Positions 28,071 to 35,507 of a stretch of DNA of 64,000 bases are shown in pieces. The notes under the pieces were generated by a model. It was not told the origin of the DNA. It saw nothing but the letters and a program-made list of their open reading frames with translations, and ran no database searches. The stretch is taken from positions 134,723-198,722 of the forward strand of contig JAPCJH010000002.1 of NCBI GenBank assembly GCA_027887045.1. The letters are read 5' to 3'. The translations under genes and the position numbers were made by a program. The stretch's first letter is position 1. Every line of letters starts with the position of its first letter. The stretch comes from Nitrososphaerota archaeon. Lineage in GTDB: Archaea > Thermoproteota > Nitrososphaeria > Nitrososphaerales > Gagatemarchaeaceae.

Positions 28071-30386
28071 CTAGTTGATCACGGAGACGAACCGGTCGTC
28101 CTTCGAGGCCTTGCTCAGCGGGCCGATTATCGGCGTTTTCTGCCCGCAGACCTTGCAGCGGTTGTGTTTGTCCAAGTTGTAGGCAGTAATGTCGTAGCCG
28201 TTCCTCCCGATTAAGACCCTGCCGCATCCTGGGCAATAAGTACTTTCCAACGGGTGCCCAGGGACGTTACCGATGTAGACGTAGTTCAGCCCCGCCTTCT
28301 TGGCGATCTCGTAGTGTTTCTCGAGCGTTTCAACAGGCGTCCACGGCAAATCCATCATCTTGTAGTCGGGATGGAACCTCAGAAAATGGATCGGGGTGTC
28401 GGGGCCCATGTTGTCGTAGACCCAACGGGAGAGCTTCCCCGCGGTCTCGATGTTGTCTCCCACCTGAGGGACGATTAGGTCTGTTATCTCCACATGGACA
28501 TTCGTCTTGGATTTCGTTTCGAGGAGCGTCTGGTATATCGGGTCAGCGCTGGGAATCCCGATGTACCTCCTGACGAACCCGGTCTCTCCGCTCCCCTTGA
28601 AGTCCACGGTGATGCAATCCAAGAAGCTCTTCATCATGTCCACTGTCTCGGGGGTGTCGAAGCCGTTTGAGACGAATATGTTAAAGATCCCGTTCTCCCT
28701 TGCGATGTTCCCGATGTCCCTCGCGTACTCCATGAAGATTGTCGGTTGGTTGTACGTGTAAGCCAGTCCTTCGCAGCCGTAGGATTTTGCTAGTGCCACC
28801 ACCGCGGGGGGGTCCATGTCGACTCCTTCGACTTTCCTCCGCTGACTGATGTCACTGTTTTGGCAGTTACTCACGGCGAGGAAACTTGCCGTGTAGGAAT
28901 GGTCTCCTTCGACCTCCAAGTTGTAAACATAACCTGAGTAATCCTCGGAATCGATCACCCGAATCGGGACGAGCGTGAAGTCTTCCTCGACGACAAATTT
29001 TGTGGCCGCGACCGTGGAGCTTACATCTTCGGAAACAAGCATTACCCTGGTCATATAGTCGTAGTTCCTTCCTACAATTCTCCCCTCTATCTCGTATTGC
29101 GGCGCATTCTTCGATACATAGAATCTGGGGAGGAGACCAAGACGCGACATTATGTACCATACTCCTAGAGTCAGTTCCTTCGATACCGAAGTCGTTCCAA
29201 ACCATCTCTGGCCCTTTGAGCCGGTGAAGAACCCATCTCCTCGGATGCATGCTCGAAGGAAACTTTCGAGCAAGCTTTTGTCCTGCGCATGAAGGATAGT
29301 CAACGGGACTTTCTTAACATATTTGTTCTCGCCTGCTAGGTTCCTGAGGAACAGCGCAAGCGGTCCGTTCGTAAGCTCCAATCTGATGACGGAACCTTGC
29401 TGGACGCGTCTAGGTGTGAGTCCGAAAATCTTGTTGAGGAGCTTTTCAGTTCTTGCGATGAAATCAGAATCGTGATTGCCAAACGAAAATGCGACGGTCC
29501 AGCTGTTCGGTCGATTCGGTGCCCTTGTCAGGCTCCCCTCCGCACAATAAGTACCTAGGAGCTCGGCAAATTCCTCGTTCAAGTCCAAACTCGCCGGAAT
29601 CCCTTCGCTCCGGGACATACCGAACCTGACCCTACCATCTACGACGGAAACTTTCCAGACTGACTTGCGCTTCGATGGGCGAGCCACCCTCTTGACTTCT
29701 TCCTCGATTATCTGACTTGCAAAAATGTTCGTCGAGACAATCGCATCCTTTGCCCTTGGAATTGCGAGCAGATCGTTTTGCTTCAGTTCGTCCGCCCTTT
29801 TCTTTTTGAGGGTTTTGGTTTGTCCATCGAAAACAAATAATCCGTGATTCGGCGTGCATCTTACCTCCGGAAGATAGTACGGACGGATTCTCAAGAGCTT
29901 ACCAGAATATTCGTGTCTGAACACTTTCAGAACTTTGCCAAAGGCCCCATCCTTACTGAGGACGCGCAAATCGTTCGTTGGGAAGGCGACCTCGTTCGAT
30001 TGTCCTGTTTCTTCGTAGATCTGAGACATCGTTTTGATGCCCTGATCGGTGATTACGGCTGATTCTGGAGCTATACAATAAGAACATAGCCAATTGCAAC
30101 CATTTGTGGCAATTGAGAAGATTTTTGAACCGGGTTTGTAATGCACGACCGGCTTCTTCTCGATCGGGTCGATGTGCCCCGCGATTATCTTCCCGTACAC
30201 GAGTAGGTACAATTTCCCACCAACGACGCCTCTGACCCCGCAGAGCCCCACCTGCCCCTCCCCTATCTGGCACAACCTCGCGCACGCCGTGCACTGGACC
30301 TTCCCGCTCGGCAGGTTCCTGAAGAGCTCCGCCTCCTTCCCGCTCGGCTCGGTGAGACGCGTCGGAACGGAGGACATAGTTGTCAA
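28071..30386 (-). CDS. amrS: AmmeMemoRadiSam-system radical SAM enzyme (AmrS, COG1180-like) interrupted by an in-frame intein
   Basis: N-extein VQCTACARLCQIGEGQVGLCGVR...LVYGKIIAGHIDPIEKKPVVHYKPGSKIFSIATNGCNWLCSY. C-extein CQNSDISQRRK...YVYIGNVPGHPLESTYCPGCGRVLIGRNGYD...CKVCGQKTPIIG. Splicing restores CNWLCSYCQN, the radical-SAM CxxxCxxC motif. Confidence 0.8.
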   Translation of the reverse strand: MTTMSSVPTRLTEPSGKEAELFRNLPSGKVQCTACARLCQIGEGQVGLCGVRGVVGGKLYLLVYGKIIAGHIDPIEKKPVVHYKPGSKIFSIATNGCNWLCSYCIAPESAVITDQGIKTMSQIYEETGQSNEVAFPTNDLRVLSKDGAFGKVLKVFRHEYSGKLLRIRPYYLPEVRCTPNHGLFVFDGQTKTLKKKRADELKQNDLLAIPRAKDAIVSTNIFASQIIEEEVKRVARPSKRKSVWKVSVVDGRVRFGMSRSEGIPASLDLNEEFAELLGTYCAEGSLTRAPNRPNSWTVAFSFGNHDSDFIARTEKLLNKIFGLTPRRVQQGSVIRLELTNGPLALFLRNLAGENKYVKKVPLTILHAQDKSLLESFLRACIRGDGFFTGSKGQRWFGTTSVSKELTLGVWYIMSRLGLLPRFYVSKNAPQYEIEGRIVGRNYDYMTRVMLVSEDVSSTVAATKFVVEEDFTLVPIRVIDSEDYSGYVYNLEVEGDHSYTASFLAVSNCQNSDISQRRKVEGVDMDPPAVVALAKSYGCEGLAYTYNQPTIFMEYARDIGNIARENGIFNIFVSNGFDTPETVDMMKSFLDCITVDFKGSGETGFVRRYIGIPSADPIYQTLLETKSKTNVHVEITDLIVPQVGDNIETAGKLSRWVYDNMGPDTPIHFLRFHPDYKMMDLPWTPVETLEKHYEIAKKAGLNYVYIGNVPGHPLESTYCPGCGRVLIGRNGYDITAYNLDKHNRCKVCGQKTPIIGPLSKASKDDRFVSVIN
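28866..30077 (-). other. Intein (404 aa) with LAGLIDADG homing-endonuclease domain, inserted at the third Cys of the CxxxCxxC motif
   Basis: Block A CIAPESAVITDQG. Block B TPNHGLFVF (TxxH). LAGLIDADG-like ELLGTYCAEGS and FLRACIRGDGFF. Blocks F/G YVYNLEVEGDHSYTASFLAVSN followed by the +1 Cys. Boundaries were computed codon by codon. Confidence 0.75.
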
Positions 30387-30441
30387 AGGAGTTCGCGTGC
30401 TCTTTATTCTTTTCAGCTGCAGGGAGTCGTTGGAAATGCGG

Positions 30442-31443
30442 CTATAGTCCCACGCTGTTCACGGGTCTGCCGGAGTTGCCGTCCAGAACCAGAACGATCT
30501 TCTTCCCCTTGTGGTCGAACCTGGCGAACCAAATCGGGGCGTGCAGCAGCTCGGCATCCCCCACGTCCACCTCCGTGCTTATCTGTTGGATCATATGATA
30601 TTGCTGATGGGCCCTTTGCGTCTGTAACTGGTCGACGAAAGTCTTGGTCTGGTACTTCGCGACCTCCTCGCTGACGTCACCGTTAAGGACCTTTACCCCC
30701 TTCGGAACCTTCGACACGTCGAAGAGGACCCTCTCGTCGAGCGTGAATTCGTATTCGTGAGGCTGGTAAAGGGTGAGCGCCTTCAGGGCGACGACGGGAT
30801 AGTTGTAGTTGTTGTCGAGAGTTGCGGCCTTGTTGTAGCCGCCTCTGCCCATCCCCCCGCCCCACATTGTCCCGAGCACCATACCGCCGAGTGCTCCCCC
30901 TCCGAACCCGCCACCCATTCGACCCCCGCCCATGCTCGCGCCGAGGACGCCTGCGAGGACTGCCGTGGTTGCGAGCGTGCCCGCGGTCGCGGCCGTATCC
31001 GAGGCGACGATATTTGTCCTGGCCGAAGCGGGGACGACCCAGTACGGGGTCAAGGCCAGGGTGAGCTCTTCCTGGGTCGAGTCTTCGTGGAGGTGTCTGT
31101 GCAGGAGACCCTTGTCCATCAGGCTCGTGATATTTTGGGCAATCTGGTCCGGAGTCTGAAAGCGTAGAGGAAGCATCGTGTGCCTCTGGATGTTCTTCCA
31201 GCCGTCGGTCGCAAGTGATACGCCGTTGCCGCAATATTCGCATGTGATTATCATTTCACCGAATTTCGGAGCGAGGGGCGCTCCACAACTCGGGCACTTT
31301 AGCGAAGTCACTCCGGAAGGGGCCAGGATGGGTTCTCTCGACACCGGCGCTGCTGCGGGTGCCCCGGCTCCCTGCTTCGTCCCGCACTTGAAGCAGTACT
31401 GTGCCTCGTCCGGTAATTGGGCGCCGCACTTGACGCAGAACAT
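30442..31443 (-). CDS. Zinc-ribbon / Gly-rich protein (YdjG-like?), third gene of SPFH operon
   Basis: Real start MFCVKCGAQLPDEAQYCFKCG, plus CPSCGAP and CEYCGN ribbons. GGGRMGGGFGGGALGG Gly-rich segment. An unassigned C-terminal domain follows. The 566-aa track ORF is an Arg-rich artefactual extension. Confidence 0.45.
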   Translation of the reverse strand: MFCVKCGAQLPDEAQYCFKCGTKQGAGAPAAAPVSREPILAPSGVTSLKCPSCGAPLAPKFGEMIITCEYCGNGVSLATDGWKNIQRHTMLPLRFQTPDQIAQNITSLMDKGLLHRHLHEDSTQEELTLALTPYWVVPASARTNIVASDTAATAGTLATTAVLAGVLGASMGGGRMGGGFGGGALGGMVLGTMWGGGMGRGGYNKAATLDNNYNYPVVALKALTLYQPHEYEFTLDERVLFDVSKVPKGVKVLNGDVSEEVAKYQTKTFVDQLQTQRAHQQYHMIQQISTEVDVGDAELLHAPIWFARFDHKGKKIVLVLDGNSGRPVNSVGL

Positions 31444-31454
31444 GATCCAAGCCC

Positions 31455-32555
31455 CTAAAACTTGTTGCCGCAGTTGGCGCAGAACTTCGCCCCGGCAGCG
31501 ACGGGCGAGCCACAGTTCGAACAGAACGCCTGCTTCCCCTGAGCACTCTGCCCCCCCGCCGCGGGTTGCGCTTGGTTTTGTTTCGCCCCACAGCTCGGGC
31601 AGAACGTGCTGCTCACGGGGATCAGGGTTGCACAGCTCGGGCAGCTCTTCATCTGTCCCGTGCCCATACCTTGGGCCATCTGCCCTCCTAAGACCGAGCC
31701 AACGCCTATCCCGGCCCCCAGACCAACCCCGAGCCCTGCTCCGGCGCCGGCGGTCCCGCTTGGGTTGTTCGCGGCGCCTTCGATCGCCTTCCCCGTCTGG
31801 TACTGCATGTAGTTCACCCCTAGGACGGACATTTCCGATCTGGTGTCGACCGCCTTCTGCACTTCGTCTGGCAGGCTGATGTTCAGCCCGGAGAGTTTGT
31901 TGATCTCGACGCCGTACTGACCGAAGTGATCGGCGGTGGTCGCCAGGACGGCCTGTTCGATGTTCGTTAGGCTCGCGGCAAGGTCGGTGACCTTCATGCC
32001 CTGTTGCTTCATCTTCCCGAGCGCGTTGTAGACCAAGATGATGATCTGTTCCTTCAGCCTCGAATCTACATCGTCGGAAGTCTCTGCCCCGAAAGTCCCC
32101 ACGAACTGGTTGATGAAGTTCTCCGGAGATGAAACCTTCCACCTGTATTCTCCGAACACTCGGAGATTGACGATCCCGAAGGTCGGGTCAGTGAACGCGT
32201 ACGGCGAACTACTCCCGTATTTCCCGTCCATGTAGCGAGTCTGTAGGTAGTAGACCTCCGCCATCTGCTGGACTCCCGTGAAGAACTTGAGGAGGTTCCG
32301 TACGATGGGGGCGTTGATGTCGGTGAGGGCGTATCTGTTGGGCTGGTCGAAGTAGGTCAGGACCTTTCCGTCCCTGAAGAAGACGGCGGTCTCGTCTTCT
32401 CGGACGACTATGTTGTCGTTGAGCCTAATGTTCCGGGGTACTTTCCACATGACGTTGTCCTGCTTGTTCTCGGGCTCCCAGATGATCGTCGCAGACCCGC
32501 CCAATCCGCCGGTGTTGACGCTCTTCTCGTCCTTTTTCCCGAACAAGCTGATCAC
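31455..32555 (-). CDS. SPFH (band-7)-like protein with C-terminal zinc ribbons (COG4260 / B. subtilis YdjI-like)
   Basis: GTG start overlaps the upstream stop (GTGA). VISLFGKKDEKSVNTGGLGGSATIIWEPENKQDNVMWKVPRNIRLNDNIVVREDETAVFFRDGK resembles the YdjI N-terminus. C-terminus has CPSCA...CPSCGAK, CSNCGSP and CANCGNKF ribbons. Confidence 0.55.
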   Translation of the reverse strand: MISLFGKKDEKSVNTGGLGGSATIIWEPENKQDNVMWKVPRNIRLNDNIVVREDETAVFFRDGKVLTYFDQPNRYALTDINAPIVRNLLKFFTGVQQMAEVYYLQTRYMDGKYGSSSPYAFTDPTFGIVNLRVFGEYRWKVSSPENFINQFVGTFGAETSDDVDSRLKEQIIILVYNALGKMKQQGMKVTDLAASLTNIEQAVLATTADHFGQYGVEINKLSGLNISLPDEVQKAVDTRSEMSVLGVNYMQYQTGKAIEGAANNPSGTAGAGAGLGVGLGAGIGVGSVLGGQMAQGMGTGQMKSCPSCATLIPVSSTFCPSCGAKQNQAQPAAGGQSAQGKQAFCSNCGSPVAAGAKFCANCGNKF

Positions 32556-33106
32556 TTTACTCCGATGTCCTCGACGACCTGCATTCGCGCCCCCCACTTT
32601 TGCTTGAAGTCGGATAAGAGACCCGTGACGTTTGAGATGGCGGCCTGCAGATTTCCCGGCGACGTGGGATCGTAGACCAAGTTGCCGGGCGCTGTCGCGT
32701 CGGCGAGCTGGAATGCTGCGCTTACAAATGCATAGTCGTAGTCGTAGAGCTTGTTCAGTTTGTCATCATCGATCTTGATGGGAGGCGCGAAGCCGGCGTA
32801 TCCCTGCTGAGCGTGTCTCACGGTCCCGCTCACCTGCTGAACCTGGGAGATCAGGGACCCGACGCTCGCTAGATTCGTGTAGTCACTCGCCGCCGCCAGC
32901 GCCTTTCTCAGCTGTTCAAGATTGACCTTGGCTCCGTCGAGTTTGTCTGAAACCTGGTTGCGAAGCAATTCGTCGGCCACCCTCAGGTCTTCTCTTTCCC
33001 TGTACCCGCGGAGCCCCGGGATCAGTAGCTCGAGCTTCTTCTGGCTGTCCTGATTCGCCTCGACCTGTTTTCTGATGTCTGGACTATCTGAGATTCTCTC
33101 AATCAC
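32552..33106 (-). CDS. Hypothetical coiled-coil protein, first gene of SPFH operon
   Basis: 184 aa, helical (EANQDSQKKLELLIPGLRGYREREDLRVADELLRNQVSDKLDGAKVNLEQLRKALAAA). Translationally coupled to the SPFH gene. Confidence 0.45.
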   Translation of the reverse strand: MIERISDSPDIRKQVEANQDSQKKLELLIPGLRGYREREDLRVADELLRNQVSDKLDGAKVNLEQLRKALAAASDYTNLASVGSLISQVQQVSGTVRHAQQGYAGFAPPIKIDDDKLNKLYDYDYAFVSAAFQLADATAPGNLVYDPTSPGNLQAAISNVTGLLSDFKQKWGARMQVVEDIGVK

Positions 33107-33220
33107 TCCGTGAGTGCTTCTTTTTTTCGCTGCGTCCCCGTTCTATTTACGTGTTCGGGCGAGGTAATCGTCCCGCGGATCGGTCGCTCCTGTTCCCGCT
33201 AAGATCGTCGACGCACGATC

Positions 33221-33751
33221 TTGATTCGAGCTCTCGGGGAAGACGTCCTCCAAAGAGTTTCTGGAAATCCCGTTTCACGGTGCATACTTTATGCGCCCCC
33301 GAAGCCAGCCTTGGTCTGGGTGTTCAATCACTCGGTCTGGGTGTTCAATCACTCGTCGAATGTCGGACCCAGCCCTTCTAAGCGCGGCTATCTCTATGCC
33401 TTGGGTGCTGCAATTTTCGGGGGGACAATCCCGGCGCTTAGCAAGCTTCTTGTGGCCACCACAGGGCCGCTAGTGATCTCTTCGCTCGTTTTCCTGATAG
33501 GTGGGCTCGTTTTGCTACCGTACAAACCCAGGAAACTCCCCACGGGCAGGGGGATCCTTCTGATTCCTGCGATAGGGATAATGGGTGCGCTGGCAGCGCC
33601 GGTTCTGTACCTCTATGGAATACAGCACAGCACTGCGGTGAACGCCTCCCTCCTTACGAACAGTGAGGTTTTCTTCACAGCCCTTATCGCGTTTGTTGTC
33701 TTTCACGAGAAACTCAAGCGGAAACAAATCGTTTCATCGCAGGGTTCGTAG
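33221..33751 (+). CDS. EamA/DMT-family transporter, single-domain (probably truncated) with internal 21-bp tandem duplication
   Basis: ...RGYLYALGAAIFGGTIPALSKLL...LVFLIGGLVLLPY...GIMGALAAPVLYLYGIQHSTAVNASLL...ALIAFVVFHEKL is one EamA domain (about 4 TM) of the usual two. The N-terminal VWVFNHSVWVFNHS comes from an exact 21-bp duplication. Confidence 0.4.
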   Translation: MIRALGEDVLQRVSGNPVSRCILYAPPKPALVWVFNHSVWVFNHSSNVGPSPSKRGYLYALGAAIFGGTIPALSKLLVATTGPLVISSLVFLIGGLVLLPYKPRKLPTGRGILLIPAIGIMGALAAPVLYLYGIQHSTAVNASLLTNSEVFFTALIAFVVFHEKLKRKQIVSSQGS

Positions 33752-34198
33752 AGGGGGAGTCAGGGAACTGGACGAGCTTCCCACCACACAAACACGACGG
33801 CAAGCCTGAGGCTTACGTCTACTATGGCATGGGCCCTAGGTTTGGCGTGCAGGTCGTTGCGGGAGAAGAGGAAAAGGCGTTCGTCGTTAGAGACGGTGAT
33901 GCGGTCGCTTTTGAAGGGGGATACCATCCCAACGTTGCGACCCCGACTGTGGGGATGAATTTCATCTGGATAATTAGTGCGGATCCAAGAGCCAGGAACT
34001 TAGCAGTAGATATGCACCCGGACTACAAGGATGTCCCTACGGGCCAGACCCACCTCAAAGTGAAGTAATCTTCTATCAAGCAAGGCTGCTCGCTCCTACT
34101 CAGGCATCGATGACGTGATCAGAGCAGGGCGAAGATTCCTCATGAAATACAAACGGACTTTCAGAACCTAAATAGGAAAGCGCTCCCCCTCGTCCGCA

Positions 34199-35158
34199 AT
34201 GAAGAGCGCGATGGAATGGCTGACCGAGGAAAGCCAACCCGCGGTCCGCTACCTAGCTATGCGGGACCTCCTCGAGACGAGCGAAGGCGACCTCCGCGAG
34301 GCCCGGCGAGCAATACCATCTCGGGGCTGGGTCAGAGACATACTCCGGAACCGCCTTCCAGGCGGCTACTGGGTTGACGGCGAGAACCTCTACAGGCCGA
34401 AGTACTACTCGACCAACTGGATGCTCCTCATCCTCTCAGACCTCGGGGTCACGAGAGAGCTCCCCTGGCTGGCCGAGTCGGCGGAGATGTGGAGGGACAG
34501 GTTCGCCAGGCCCGACGGTGGCTTCGACACGGGCAACCCCAAGACGAGCGAGCTCTGCCTCACGGGGAACACCGCGCGGGCGCTGGTCAAGTTCGGGTAC
34601 GCCGACGACCGACTCGTCAGGCGCGCCTTCGAATGGCTGGTGCGGAACCAGAAGCCGAACGGCGGCTGGCACTGCTGGGGGAGGAACGGTGTCATAGACG
34701 GATGGGAGGGGATGAGCGCCTTCGCGGTCTATCCGCGCCAGGAGTGGACGCGGAGCGTAAAGGCGGCGGTAGACAGGGGCTGCGAGTTCTACCTCGAGCG
34801 CGGCCTTCTCCGTCAAGGGGCGCGGTATGACCCCTGGTACAGGCTTCACTTCCCCTATCACTACTACTACGACCTCCTTGTTGGGCTGGAGTTCAACACC
34901 GAGCTCGGGAGAGGAGACGACCCACGGGCAGCGCCCGCCCTGGCGCTGCTGAAGAAGAAGCGGCGAAGGGACGGCCGCTGGCTGATGGACGCCGTACACC
35001 CGGACTATCTGAACGCGGGCAAGCTGCCGAATTGGTTCCCGAAGTACAAAGACAGGCTGAGGCCCTTCTCCCTGGAGGCCGCGGGCGAGCCGAGCAAGAT
35101 GATAACGCTGAGGGCGCTGCGCGTCCTGAAGCTCATGGGCGAGCCAGTGCCCGCCTGA
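34199..35158 (+). CDS. Prenyltransferase/squalene-oxidase-repeat (alpha/alpha-toroid) protein
   Basis: Repeats of the QxxDGGW type: WLVRNQKPNGGWHCWG, RFARPDGGFDTG, KKRRRDGRW. GC content is visibly about 65%, above the window average. Confidence 0.5.
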   Translation: MKSAMEWLTEESQPAVRYLAMRDLLETSEGDLREARRAIPSRGWVRDILRNRLPGGYWVDGENLYRPKYYSTNWMLLILSDLGVTRELPWLAESAEMWRDRFARPDGGFDTGNPKTSELCLTGNTARALVKFGYADDRLVRRAFEWLVRNQKPNGGWHCWGRNGVIDGWEGMSAFAVYPRQEWTRSVKAAVDRGCEFYLERGLLRQGARYDPWYRLHFPYHYYYDLLVGLEFNTELGRGDDPRAAPALALLKKKRRRDGRWLMDAVHPDYLNAGKLPNWFPKYKDRLRPFSLEAAGEPSKMITLRALRVLKLMGEPVPA

Positions 35159-35310
35159 GGACGGTCTTCCTGCTTGGACCATCGCGAAAGCCCCTCAGGA
35201 AGGTGCCAACCGTCCTTCTCCCCGTAAGCGCATCAAGGTCGTCGTAGATCCTGTGTCGGCCCCCGTGTTGCATCCTGCCATGTAAAAGCGCGGATACTCC
35301 CATAACAAGT

Positions 35311-35404
35311 GGTAGCCCGGCCTGGAATCGAACCAGGGTCACCGGCTCCAAAGGCCAGTATGCTTGGCCGCTACAATCGGCAGAGTGATCTTCCACCGGG
35401 CTGC
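35311..35404 (-). tRNA. tRNA-Gln(UUG)-like gene with about 18 extra nt in the 5' half (possible non-canonical intron) or tRNA-derived att remnant
   Basis: Minus strand reads AGCCCGG-TG-[GAAGATCACTCTGCCGATTGTAGCGGCCAAGCATA]-CTGGC-CTTTGGA-GCCGG-TGAC-CCTGG-TTCGATT-CCAGG-CCGGGCT-A-CCA. The acceptor is perfect 7 bp. The anticodon arm has U33, UUG and R37. The T-arm and encoded CCA are canonical. The D-region is 18 nt too long to fold canonically. Confidence 0.4.
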
Positions 35405-35507
35405 TTCCGGGCCGAGTGTCCGCGGCTGTATGAGGTTAAAAGATTACTGAGCGTCCGTCTGATTGCACCAAAAGCACACTCGTTCAACCGAAACAGCTGT
35501 TGACATT

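Noticed and set aside
30683-31879. Stack of overlapping 70-230-aa ORFs on both strands (30683..31243, 30757..31167, 30822..31064, 31178..31879, 31256..31591)
   Set aside because: They lie within the Gly-rich or Ala/Pro-rich coding region of real genes. Their Arg/Pro/Gly-rich translations are typical out-of-frame products of high-GC sequence.
30442-32142. 566-aa ORF with a 233-aa Arg/Gly/Asp-rich N-terminal extension
   Set aside because: The extension is antisense or out of frame through the C-terminus of the SPFH-like gene, in GC-rich low-complexity DNA. The recognisable protein begins at the internal MFCVKCG (31443). The extension is treated as an ORF-caller artefact.
34374-35247. Multiple long ORFs in other frames across the prenyltransferase-repeat gene (34374..34697, 34405..34695, 34436..35182, 34489..34830, 35032..35247)
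   Set aside because: High GC suppresses stop codons in all frames. Only the +1 frame gives a coherent QxxDGGW-repeat protein.
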